A DNA stretch of 64,000 nt from a bacterium (GTDB taxonomy: Bacteria > UBA8248): contig CBDBZY010000013.1 of assembly GCA_965213685.1 (NCBI GenBank), positions 61,987 to 125,986 on the forward strand, in the 5' to 3' direction. The notes under the pieces are model-generated. The model was not told the origin of the DNA and did not search any database. It worked only from the letters and a program-made list of their open reading frames with translations. How positions within the stretch are numbered: position 1 is the stretch's first letter; each line of letters opens with the position of its first letter. The position numbers and the translations under genes were made by a program. Below are positions 9,363 to 18,125 of the stretch, piece by piece.

Positions 9363-10241
9363 TCACCCCTTTTTTTGTAGCTCCTTTGCCATACGCATCG
9401 CGTTTTGCTCCACGAGGCCGGAGCGTAGCCAAAGGCGGTATTCGTCCATGTGCACGTGCGGGGCCGCCTTCGCCGGGGTTTCGTGCTTCTTCAGGGCGGC
9501 GGCGGTGCGGGAGCGCAGTTTGGTCATGTAGCCCCGGAACTCGTCCCATGCGTCCGGGGCGGGCCGGCTCGGAATGGGCCCGTGGCCGGGGACGAGATGG
9601 TCGGCGGGAAATTTCTTGAGCCTGGGAATCGCGTCTATCCAGTTGCCGAAATGGCCCAGCCTGGCCACCGGGTGGGTCCGGTAGTCGAGAAGGTCGCCGG
9701 TGAACAGAATTTTCTCCTCCGGCATCCACACGATGGTATCTCCTTTCGTGTGGCAATGGCCGATGTGAATCATCTCGAAGGATCGTCCGCCGTATCGGAT
9801 GGAGATTTTCCCCTCAAACGTCACCATGGGCGGGGCGACGCGCAGTTTGCCAATCAGGTGCTCGACCTTTTGCGGCCTGCCCGCCATTTGCTTCACCCAG
9901 ATGCCCTCGTTCTCCTCGCGCTCCATCTCGAGGCGCACGCTCTCCTCGCCGACGGAGACGGCCCCGCGCCTGTGGTAGTAGCCGTTGTCCGAGGTGTGGT
10001 CGAAATTGTGATGGGTGTTGAGGACCAGCCCGGGGGATTTCCGGACGATCTCCTTCATGCCCGCCACGAAACTTTTCCGTATCCGGATGTCGTTGTCCAC
10101 GATGACGGGCTTCTCGTCCGTGAGGACGAGGCCGAAATTCGTCGCGCCGTCTCCCCCGACGAATACGTGCACCCCCTCCGCGATTCGGGTGAACCCTCGG
10201 GTTTTCGCCGCGCCGGGCAGCGCCTTTGCCTGGGGAGCCAT
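9363..10241 (-). CDS. MBL-fold metallo-hydrolase (cyclase-like)
   Basis: NTHHNFDH, HTKGD, LFTGD and VPGHG motifs. Confidence 0.88.
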   Translation of the reverse strand: MAPQAKALPGAAKTRGFTRIAEGVHVFVGGDGATNFGLVLTDEKPVIVDNDIRIRKSFVAGMKEIVRKSPGLVLNTHHNFDHTSDNGYYHRRGAVSVGEESVRLEMEREENEGIWVKQMAGRPQKVEHLIGKLRVAPPMVTFEGKISIRYGGRSFEMIHIGHCHTKGDTIVWMPEEKILFTGDLLDYRTHPVARLGHFGNWIDAIPRLKKFPADHLVPGHGPIPSRPAPDAWDEFRGYMTKLRSRTAAALKKHETPAKAAPHVHMDEYRLWLRSGLVEQNAMRMAKELQKKG

Positions 10242-10375
10242 CGTTTTCTCCTTGCGTGGGCGTCCATGATGACGATATCGTGGCGGGCATCCAGACCAAG
10301 AAGGTATCAAAGCGCCCCGGAAGCGACAACGTCGGGCCGTGAAGCCGCATCTACGGGCATCTACGGGAGGAGAGG

Positions 10376-11584
10376 ATGCACCCATATTCCGCTTTCATTG
10401 GCCTGGAGTGCTCGAGAACGGGAGAGCGGTTTCCGCCTGGCCGCCTGATGAACCTGAGCCCCGCCGGCGCGCCGCTGTTGGCGCGATATGACGCCGAGGC
10501 CGCATCCAGGACGCTGGATATGCGGAACATGGCCTCCCGTCCCCCTTCCATGTGGCGTTACCACGAGATGCTTCCGGCCCCCGATGAAGACGCCGTCGTC
10601 ACGCTGGGCGAGGGCATGACGCCCCTGCTCGAAATGCCGCGCCTTCAAAAGGCGCTGGGCTTCTCGCGCCTGCGGATGAAGGACGAGGGGCTGAACCCGA
10701 CGGGGAGCTTCAAGTCGAGGGGGTTGTCCGCCGCCATCACGATGGCGCGCCGCCTCGGGGTGCGGAAAATCGCCATTCCCACGGCGGGGAACGCGGGCGG
10801 AGCGGCGGCGGCGTACGCCGCGCGGGCGGGGATTCGGGCGTCGGTGTTTGTTCCGGAGCAGGCCCCGGGCGTGCACAAGGTGGAGTGCGCTCTGGCGGGG
10901 GCCGACGTGACCGTGGTGCGCGGCTACATTCACCATTGCGCGGAGATCGTGGCGGCGAGAACGCCGGCGGAGGGGTGGTTCGATTTGTCCACGTTCAAGG
11001 AGCCATACCGCGCCGAGGGCAAAAAAACGATGGCGTATGAACTCGTGGAGCAATCCGGCGGCGAGGTGCCCGACGTGATTCTCTACCCCACCGGCGGCGG
11101 GACGGGGCTGGTGGCGATGTGGCGCGCTTTTGGCGAACTGGAGGCGCTGGGCTGGATAGACGGGAGGAGGCCCCGTATGATCTGCGTACAGGCGGAGGGT
11201 TGCGCTCCGCTCGTGCGGGCGTATGAGAGGGGAGAGGACGCCTCCTCCGCATGGGAGAACCCCACGACGGCGGTCTCCGGTTTGCGGGCACCGCAGGTTC
11301 TGGCGGATTTTTTGTGCCTGCGCGCCATCCGGGAAAGCGGCGGGACGGCGGTCGCCGTCTCGGACGAGATGATGTGGGAAGCCCAGAGAATGGCGGGCGC
11401 GTCCGAGGGGACGCTCATTTGCCCGGAGGGCGGCGCGTGCGTCGCGGCCCTGGGCGTCTTGCGGGAGCGGGGCGACGTCGGGCGCGATGAGCGCATCGTC
11501 GCGTTCAACACGGCCACGGGCCTGAAATACGCGGATATGATAGAAGCGGACGTTCCCGCCATCGATTCGATTTCAGCGAGCTGA
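10376..11584 (+). CDS. thrC: Threonine synthase family PLP enzyme
   Basis: LGEGMTPL, NPTGSFK (PLP lysine), TAGNAG, EGKKTM, PTGGGTG, CPEGGA. Confidence 0.85.
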   Translation: MHPYSAFIGLECSRTGERFPPGRLMNLSPAGAPLLARYDAEAASRTLDMRNMASRPPSMWRYHEMLPAPDEDAVVTLGEGMTPLLEMPRLQKALGFSRLRMKDEGLNPTGSFKSRGLSAAITMARRLGVRKIAIPTAGNAGGAAAAYAARAGIRASVFVPEQAPGVHKVECALAGADVTVVRGYIHHCAEIVAARTPAEGWFDLSTFKEPYRAEGKKTMAYELVEQSGGEVPDVILYPTGGGTGLVAMWRAFGELEALGWIDGRRPRMICVQAEGCAPLVRAYERGEDASSAWENPTTAVSGLRAPQVLADFLCLRAIRESGGTAVAVSDEMMWEAQRMAGASEGTLICPEGGACVAALGVLRERGDVGRDERIVAFNTATGLKYADMIEADVPAIDSISAS

Positions 11585-11590
11585 GGGAAA

Positions 11591-12019
11591 ATGATTGAAA
11601 TCACGAGGCGCGAGGAATTCTCCGCGGCCCATCGGCTGTTTCGCCCCGGGTGGAGCGACGCGCAAAATGAGGCCATGTACGGAAAATGCGCCAATCCGCA
11701 TTATCATGGACACAATTATGTCCTGGAGGTGACCCTGCGCGGCCCCGTGCATCCCGAGACGGGAATGGCCCATGATCTCGCCGCTCTCAAGAGCCTCGTG
11801 AGACGGGAGGTCGTGGAGGTGCTGGACCACAAAAACCTGAACGAGGACGCGGCGGGGTTCATGAAAAACCGGATACCGACGGCGGAGAACATCGCGGTTT
11901 CGATTTGGGAGCGTCTGGCCGGGCACCTGGAGGGGGGGCTTCTTTTTCGCGTCCGCCTGTATGAGAACGAGCGGAATTTCGTGGATTATTACGGAGAGGA
12001 CTCCGATGGGATTCGGTGA
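11591..12019 (+). CDS. 6-pyruvoyl-tetrahydropterin synthase family (PTPS-II-type CX5HGH motif)
   Basis: FSAAHRL, CANPHYHGHNY, LDHKNLN, TAENIA. Confidence 0.9.
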   Translation: MIEITRREEFSAAHRLFRPGWSDAQNEAMYGKCANPHYHGHNYVLEVTLRGPVHPETGMAHDLAALKSLVRREVVEVLDHKNLNEDAAGFMKNRIPTAENIAVSIWERLAGHLEGGLLFRVRLYENERNFVDYYGEDSDGIR

Positions 12020-12737
12020 GCCCGGGCATCTGCGAAACAGGCGGGTTGTCCTCACCGGGGCTTCCCGGGGAATAGGCCGCGCGAGTGCGCTTCGCCTGGC
12101 GAAAGCGGGCGCGCGGGTGCTCGCCGTCTCGAGGGACGCCGAGGCCCTGGCGCGGCTGGCGTTTGACTCGAAAGGCTGCGTGGGGCGGATTTTCCCGCAC
12201 GTCTGCGACGTGACGGAAGCCGACGAGGTCGAGGCCCTCGCGGAGATGGCCGAGAAGCGGCTGTCGGGCGTGGACGCCCTGATAAACAACGCGGGCGCGG
12301 GCGTTTTCAAGGACGTGGAAAGCCTCTCGGCCGATGAGTTCCACGCCACGCTCTCGGTGTGCCTCACCGCGCCCTTCCTGCTGACGCGGGCGCTTTGCCC
12401 CATGCTCGGGGCGGCGCGGGGCGAGGTCATCAACATATCCTCGATCGGCGCGGTGTCGGGTTTCCCGGGAGCGTCGGCGTATTGCGCCGCGAAAGCCGGC
12501 CTGGAGGGATTGTCCAGGGCGCTGGCGGAGGAGCTGCGGCCCAGGGGAATACGGCTCACCGTGGTTCGGCCCGGCGCCTGCGCGACGGATATGTGGAAGT
12601 CCATCCCGGGGGAGTTCGACATGGACGACATGATTCCACCGGACCTGGTGGCGGAATCCATAGAGTTTCTGGTCTCCCAATCGCGGAGGGCCTGGACGGA
12701 ATTGATGGTGGTTCTCCCGCCGAAGGGCACGATCTAG
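12006..12737 (+). CDS. SDR family oxidoreductase
   Basis: TGASRGIG, NNAG and YCAAK motifs; overlaps the PTPS gene by 14 bp. Confidence 0.9.
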   Translation: MGFGEPGHLRNRRVVLTGASRGIGRASALRLAKAGARVLAVSRDAEALARLAFDSKGCVGRIFPHVCDVTEADEVEALAEMAEKRLSGVDALINNAGAGVFKDVESLSADEFHATLSVCLTAPFLLTRALCPMLGAARGEVINISSIGAVSGFPGASAYCAAKAGLEGLSRALAEELRPRGIRLTVVRPGACATDMWKSIPGEFDMDDMIPPDLVAESIEFLVSQSRRAWTELMVVLPPKGTI

Positions 12738-12848
12738 GCGATTCGGCGCGGCCGCGCGCAGGGGAATCGGGGGACTCCCGCTCCCGCCCATCGCCGCCGG
12801 AGGACGCCGGGAGTTGCCTGTTCACATTTCATTCAGGAGGTTTGGCAG

Positions 12849-13148
12849 TTGAGCGTTCTTCGATACGAAAACCTGGATGTGGAGTATGACATAGAAGTCG
12901 GCGATTCCATCCTGGACGCGGACCTGGAAAACGACGTTGACCACACCAGCGATTGCGGCGGGAATTGCGCCTGCTCCACATGCAAGGTGACAGTGGTGTC
13001 AGGCGCCGATATCCTCTCCGCACAGGGGGAGGATGAAAGGGACACGCTGGACGCCTATGGGTGGAATCCGGATGAGTATCGCCTGGCTTGCCAATGCGTC
13101 GTCGAGGGGGAGGGCCGCATCGTCCTGAGTATGCCGGAGCCCGAATAG
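12849..13148 (+). CDS. 2Fe-2S ferredoxin (adrenodoxin/Fdx type)
   Basis: CGGNCACSTC and RLACQ; AGGAG RBS. Confidence 0.92.
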   Translation: MSVLRYENLDVEYDIEVGDSILDADLENDVDHTSDCGGNCACSTCKVTVVSGADILSAQGEDERDTLDAYGWNPDEYRLACQCVVEGEGRIVLSMPEPE

Positions 13149-13151
13149 GGG

Positions 13152-13796
13152 TCAGCGCGCACCCGCTTTGTCCCAGGCGCGAAGCACCGCCCCGAAATCC
13201 ACCACCCCCTCCCGGAGGAGTTCCGGTTTTTCTCCCCTCGCGTCCACCACCGTGGAAGGAGAGGAGCCCTCCCGTTCTCCGCCGTCCAGAACGAGCGTTA
13301 TCCGGTTCCGGAATCGGGCGGCGATCTCCCGTGCGCTCCGGAGCGCAGGTGCCCCGGGGGGGTTCGCGCTCGTCGCCGCGAACGGTCCTGCGCGCATGGC
13401 CAACGCCCGGCAAAGCGCGAGGGCGGGCATCCGGACGGCGACGCTCGGGCCGCCCTCGGAGAGTCGGGGGGAGAGTTCGGGGCGCGCGGGGAGAACCAGG
13501 GTCAGTCCCGAAGGCCACAGGGAGTCCATCAGGCGCGCCGCGCCCGGCGAGACGCGGCCCGCCAGGCTTTGGAGCTGGGCGCGGTGCCCGATGAGCACAG
13601 GGGCGCCTTTTTCCTCTTCTCTCCCCTTCGTTTCGTAGAGCTTCTCGATGGCTTCCGCGTCGAGGGCGCGGGCACACAACCCGTAAATCGTGTCCGTCGG
13701 CAGCGCGATGACGCGCCCGCCCGCCAGCTCTTGCGCAGCCCGCCGAATCGCCTCCTCTTCCGGGGAGTCGGGGTTCACCGCCAGGATTCTCGTCAC
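13152..13796 (-). CDS. tsaC: L-threonylcarbamoyladenylate synthase (Sua5/YrdC/TsaC)
   Basis: PTDTIYGL, KGR, TSAN, STVVD, LREG. Confidence 0.92.
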   Translation of the reverse strand: MTRILAVNPDSPEEEAIRRAAQELAGGRVIALPTDTIYGLCARALDAEAIEKLYETKGREEEKGAPVLIGHRAQLQSLAGRVSPGAARLMDSLWPSGLTLVLPARPELSPRLSEGGPSVAVRMPALALCRALAMRAGPFAATSANPPGAPALRSAREIAARFRNRITLVLDGGEREGSSPSTVVDARGEKPELLREGVVDFGAVLRAWDKAGAR

Positions 13797-13799
13797 CGC

Positions 13800-14435
13800 C
13801 TATTTTTTCCGATACGTTCTTTTGGCGCGGCTTCGCTTTGGTCTGGGCTTTTTCTCCGCGTCTTTTCTGGCGCCCTCCGCCGGGCCGTTCGGTTCGTCTT
13901 TGGGCGCCGGGTCGGGCGGAGGCGGGGAGGCGGCCTCCAGCTGGAGGGCTTCGTCGGCGGCCAGCACCTTCTCGGTTTGCTGCTGCGCGAAGCGGCGGTA
14001 TTCCTTCGCCAGCTTGGAGTCGGTCAGGGCGAGTATCCGCGCGGCGTGCAGGGCCGCGTTCCTGGCGCCGGCGGCGCCAATTCCCATGGTCGCCACGGGA
14101 ATGCCGGGGGGCATCTGGACCGTCGAGAGAAGGGAGTCGAGGCCGCCGAGCGAGGAGCTGTTGATGGGGACGCCTATCACCGGCAGATCGGTGAGGGCGC
14201 CGACCACGCCCGCTAGGTGCGCGGACATGCCCGCTCCGGCGATGAGCACGCGGATTCCGCGCTCGGGCGCCGTCTTCACGTATTCATGAATGGCGTCCGG
14301 CGTCCGGTGGGCCGACAGAATTCTCGTCTCGGAAGGAATCTGGAAAATCTCGAGTGCCTTGGCGGCTTCTTCCATGACGGGTTTGTCCGATGCGCTTCCC
14401 ATCAGTATCCCCACTTGGGGTGCTCTTGTGGCCAA
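13800..14435 (-). CDS. purE: N5-carboxyaminoimidazole ribonucleotide mutase
   Basis: MGSASD, SAHRTP, AGAGMSAHL, VQMPPGIPVAT. Confidence 0.97.
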   Translation of the reverse strand: MATRAPQVGILMGSASDKPVMEEAAKALEIFQIPSETRILSAHRTPDAIHEYVKTAPERGIRVLIAGAGMSAHLAGVVGALTDLPVIGVPINSSSLGGLDSLLSTVQMPPGIPVATMGIGAAGARNAALHAARILALTDSKLAKEYRRFAQQQTEKVLAADEALQLEAASPPPPDPAPKDEPNGPAEGARKDAEKKPRPKRSRAKRTYRKK

Positions 14436-14450
14436 AGGGTTCTCCTCTTC

Positions 14451-14840
14451 TTATTGGGGGATGAATGCCAGCAGCTCGATTTCGAGTTTCGCGCCCGCGA
14501 TGATTCCGGACGCCTGAAACGTCGTTCGCGCCGGCGGATCTTCTGTCCCGAAGTACTCCTCGAACACGGCGTTCATCTCCTGCAGCTCCGCCAGGTCCTC
14601 CATGAAGATGGTGACTTTTACGGCGTTTTTCAAGGATGTGCCCCCCGCCTCGCACACCGCCTTGAGGTTCTCGATGATCTGGCGCGTCTGCTCGGCGGCA
14701 CCGCCCGGCACCAGCTCTCCCGTCGCGGGGTCGATGGGCAGTTGCCCGGAGCAGTGGAGCCACTCTCCGATGCGGATGGCTTGGGACAGCGGCACCTTGC
14801 CCGAGGCGGCCTTGTCCGTATGAACGACTGTTTTTTTCAT
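14451..14840 (-). CDS. RidA/Rid family protein
   Basis: SQAI, SGQLP.DP.TG, MN.VF, PPAR, EIE. Confidence 0.92.
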   Translation of the reverse strand: MKKTVVHTDKAASGKVPLSQAIRIGEWLHCSGQLPIDPATGELVPGGAAEQTRQIIENLKAVCEAGGTSLKNAVKVTIFMEDLAELQEMNAVFEEYFGTEDPPARTTFQASGIIAGAKLEIELLAFIPQ

Positions 14841-15152
14841 GCGCTCTCCCGCGTGTCGAAAAACGATGGTCCACCCGAAGGCGGAGCGTCTCCCGGCGGA
14901 TGCGAACACAAAGGACGCCCTCCGGATAGCTTTCCCGCTACCGCGCCATCCCCGTCAAGCCCAAAGGGGGGCCAAAGGCCTCCCCTCCAATATCCCACAG
15001 AAACCGCCCGCGATAAACACTTGCGGCCCACATGTCGGCGGAAGGCGCGCTTTCTCCCGGGAAGGCCGTTCACGGGGCGCACGCTCCTTTTTTTGGGGGA
15101 GGGGGGGGCGTCGGGCGATTTGTCGCGGCGCGTCCAGCGGGGATATGGATGG

Positions 15153-15182
15153 TTCAAAAACGGCGGGGGCGGGTGCTACAAT
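15153..15182 (+). promoter_or_regulatory. Putative sigma70 promoter of rarA
   Basis: TTCAAA-N18-TACAAT with extended TG. Confidence 0.4.
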
Positions 15183-15220
15183 GAGCCGCGTGGCGAAAGC
15201 GGCGAGGAGGGGAGCGCGTC

Positions 15221-16660
15221 TTGGAGAAAAATTTGTTTGATTCGCCGGAGGATGGTCGGAGAGGCTCCCGGGAGGCGCCGCCGGCCCGCGCGCCCCTGGC
15301 CGAGCGGATGCGGCCGGGGACGCTCGACGAGGTGTTGGGGCAAGAGCATCTGATCGGGCAGGGCCGCGTGCTCAGGCGCGCCGTGGAGGAGGACGCCTTG
15401 CGCCCGCTCATTTTCTGGGGGCCGCCCGGAACCGGGAAGACGACCCTGGCGCGCATCATCGCTCGGAGGACGAACGCGCACTTCATCACGCTGAGCGCGG
15501 TGCTTCACGGGGTGAAGGAGCTGCGCGCCTCGGTGGATGCGGCGCGGCGCATGGCGCGCAGGAACGTCCGGACGATATTGTTCGTCGACGAGATCCATCG
15601 CTTCAACAAGGCCCAGCAGGACGGCCTCCTGCCGCACGTGGAAGACGGCACGGTGATCCTGATTGGCGCGACGACGGAGAACCCCTCTTTCGAGGTGATC
15701 GCCCCCCTCCTCTCCCGCGCGCGCGTGTTCGTGCTCGAGAGGCTGGAGGCGTCCCATCTCGTCGCACTACTGCGCCGCGCCCTGGGGGACGGCGAACGGG
15801 GTTTGGGGGGGATGGGCCTCGATGTGGAGGATGACGCCCTGGGCCGCATCGCGACGATGAGCGGCGGGGACGCGAGGACTGCGCTCAACATTCTGGAGGC
15901 GGCCGCCGCCCTCGCCGGCGCGCGCCGCCGAATCGACGCCCGGCTGGCCGGGGAGGCGGCCCAGCGCAAGACGCCGCTGTACGACAAATCGGGCGAGGAG
16001 CACTACAACCTCATCTCGGCGCTTCACAAGACGATGCGGGCCTCGGACCCGGACGCCGCGCTCTATTGGCTCGCGCGGATGCTCGAGGGCGGAGAGGACC
16101 CCATGTACATATTGCGGCGCCTGGTGCGGTTCGCCTCCGAGGATGTCGGCATGGCGGACCCGCGCGCGCTGGGCGTGGCGACGGCCGCGCAGCAGGCCTT
16201 CCATTTCATCGGCCCGCCCGAGGGGAGGCTCGCCATCGCGCAGGCGGTGGTCTATCTTGCGCAGGCTCCCAAGAGCGACGCGGTGTATCGCGGTTTCGGT
16301 GCTGCCGAGCGCGCCGCCCGCGAGCACGAGGCGCTGCCCGTTCCCCATCATTTGCGAAACGCGCCGACCGGACTGACGCGGGAGCTGGGCTATGGCGCGG
16401 GCTACCAGCACGCGCATCAGTTTGACGACGCGGTCGTGGAGATGGAGGGAATGCCGAAGGGCCTGCAGGGGCGCCGGTTTTACCGCCCCACCTCCCGGGG
16501 ATATGAGGCGGAAGTCCGGAAGAGACTCGCCAGGCGGGAGGAGATATTGAACGAGCGCATAGGCGAACGCCTGGGCGTGCCCGATGAGGCGTCCCTCGAC
16601 GACAGGCGCCCGGCCGACCCCGCCATGCCGGGGAGAAGGGGCAGGCGGAAGGACAAGTGA
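15221..16660 (+). CDS. rarA: Replication-associated recombination protein A
   Basis: PLAERMRP, GPPGTGKT, DEIHRFNKAQQD, ATTENP, SEDVG.ADP. Confidence 0.96.
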   Translation: MEKNLFDSPEDGRRGSREAPPARAPLAERMRPGTLDEVLGQEHLIGQGRVLRRAVEEDALRPLIFWGPPGTGKTTLARIIARRTNAHFITLSAVLHGVKELRASVDAARRMARRNVRTILFVDEIHRFNKAQQDGLLPHVEDGTVILIGATTENPSFEVIAPLLSRARVFVLERLEASHLVALLRRALGDGERGLGGMGLDVEDDALGRIATMSGGDARTALNILEAAAALAGARRRIDARLAGEAAQRKTPLYDKSGEEHYNLISALHKTMRASDPDAALYWLARMLEGGEDPMYILRRLVRFASEDVGMADPRALGVATAAQQAFHFIGPPEGRLAIAQAVVYLAQAPKSDAVYRGFGAAERAAREHEALPVPHHLRNAPTGLTRELGYGAGYQHAHQFDDAVVEMEGMPKGLQGRRFYRPTSRGYEAEVRKRLARREEILNERIGERLGVPDEASLDDRRPADPAMPGRRGRRKDK

Positions 16661-16786
16661 TGCGACGACACGCCCCGCGCGCGCATGGTCTGCAAGGGCG
16701 CTCTTCCTGAAAAAGGCTTGGGACGCGGGGTCGCGCCACAGCCTGCGAATCGCAAAAGACGAGCGTTTTTGATAATGCGGTAACCA

Positions 16787-17203
16787 TTGAAAATCGACCG
16801 GTTTGACCACATGGTTTTCACGGTGCGGGATGTCGAGCGCACGTGCGCGTTCTATCGCCGCGTTCTCGGGATGGAGGTGATCTCTTTCGGCGCGGGTCGC
16901 CGCGCGCTCCGGTTCGGGAACCAGAAGATCAACCTGCACTTGGCGGGAGAGGAGCTCGCACCCCGGGCGGACGTCCCCGCTCCAGGCTCCGGGGACGTGT
17001 GCCTGATCGCGAAAACGGACCTGGACGAGGCGATGGCGCACGTCCGGGGCTGCGGGGTGGACATCATCGAAGGCCCGTGCGAGAAGAGCGGGGCTGCGGG
17101 GCCCATTCTTTCCTTTTATTTTCGGGACCCCGACGGGAACCTCATCGAGGTGTCCCGCTACGCGGACGAGCCGGGGGACGACCCGTCCCGCCGCGCTTCC
17201 TGA
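16787..17203 (+). CDS. VOC/glyoxalase family protein
   Basis: DH.V.TV, FGNQKINLH, YFRDPDGNLIE. Confidence 0.92.
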   Translation: MKIDRFDHMVFTVRDVERTCAFYRRVLGMEVISFGAGRRALRFGNQKINLHLAGEELAPRADVPAPGSGDVCLIAKTDLDEAMAHVRGCGVDIIEGPCEKSGAAGPILSFYFRDPDGNLIEVSRYADEPGDDPSRRAS

Positions 17204-17206
17204 AGC

Positions 17207-18079
17207 CTAGCCGATGCGTTCTGTCCCGGCCTCCTCCTCTCCGTGATACACCGCTTTCGCCTTGAGCAAATCCTCCATCACCATGCGCTTGTCCCGCGGA
17301 TTTCTGAGCAAATACGCGGGATGATAGGTCGGGAGGCAGGGGATTCCCTGGTAGCGCCCGAATTTCCCCCGGATTCTGCCGATGGGCGTCTTTGTCCGGA
17401 GCAGCCACTGCGCGGCGAATTTGCCCAGCGCCAGGATGAGTTTGGGCCGAATGATGGCGAGCTGCTTGTGGAGGTAGGGCTCGCAGCAGGCGATCTCATC
17501 GGGTTCGGGGTTGCGGTTGCCCGGCGGGCGGCATTTCAGGATGTTGCAGATATACACCTCCTGGCGGGGCGCTTCAATGACGTTTTCAATCATTTTCGTG
17601 AGCATCTGGCCCGCCCGCCCCACGAAGGGGACGCCCTCCGCGTCTTCGCTGGCCCCCGGAGCCTCGCCCACGATGACGAGGTTCGCGTTCGGGTTGCCCA
17701 CCCCGAATACGAGGTTCGTCCGCCCCTCCCCCAGCTTGCAGCGCAGGCAGCCGTCCACGGCGGCGCGCAGCGCATCGAGCGTCATGTCGGCGTCCGGCGC
17801 GAAGGGCAGCGGAGGCGGCTCCGGCCCTCGGCTTCCGCGCCTCCCCATGGGGATCAAAGCGGGTTCCGGGCCGGCGGGCGGGATCAGGGATGGTTGCCCG
17901 GGGCTTCGCCCGGCTTCGGGTTCCGCCGCGCGGGGCGCCTCGGCCGCCGTGCGGATGGGAGCGGAGGCGGATTGTCGGGGAGCGCGCAGGCTCACGTAGC
18001 GTACGCCCGCGGCTTGCAGGCTTCGCAGATGCGTCAGTATTCCCTGGCGGAGGTCTTCGCGATCGCTCATCGTTTTCAC
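17207..18079 (-). CDS. Uracil-DNA glycosylase, family 4 (Fe-S)
   Basis: C..C.L, GEAPG, PFVGRAG, KCRPP.NR.P, TYHPAYLLR. Confidence 0.95.
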   Translation of the reverse strand: MKTMSDREDLRQGILTHLRSLQAAGVRYVSLRAPRQSASAPIRTAAEAPRAAEPEAGRSPGQPSLIPPAGPEPALIPMGRRGSRGPEPPPLPFAPDADMTLDALRAAVDGCLRCKLGEGRTNLVFGVGNPNANLVIVGEAPGASEDAEGVPFVGRAGQMLTKMIENVIEAPRQEVYICNILKCRPPGNRNPEPDEIACCEPYLHKQLAIIRPKLILALGKFAAQWLLRTKTPIGRIRGKFGRYQGIPCLPTYHPAYLLRNPRDKRMVMEDLLKAKAVYHGEEEAGTERIG

Positions 18080-18125
18080 CGGCGCGCGCGGCGGAAAATG
18101 GGTTTATTAATGGGGTTTCATGGGC

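Noticed and set aside
11591-12019. Annotation as queD
   Set aside because: The motif is CX5HGH rather than CX3HGH and no que genes are adjacent
14841-15220. 380-bp intergenic region as possible ncRNA or origin (contains atatcccacag)
   Set aside because: Only one degenerate DnaA-box-like word and no recognisable RNA family; divergent promoters explain it
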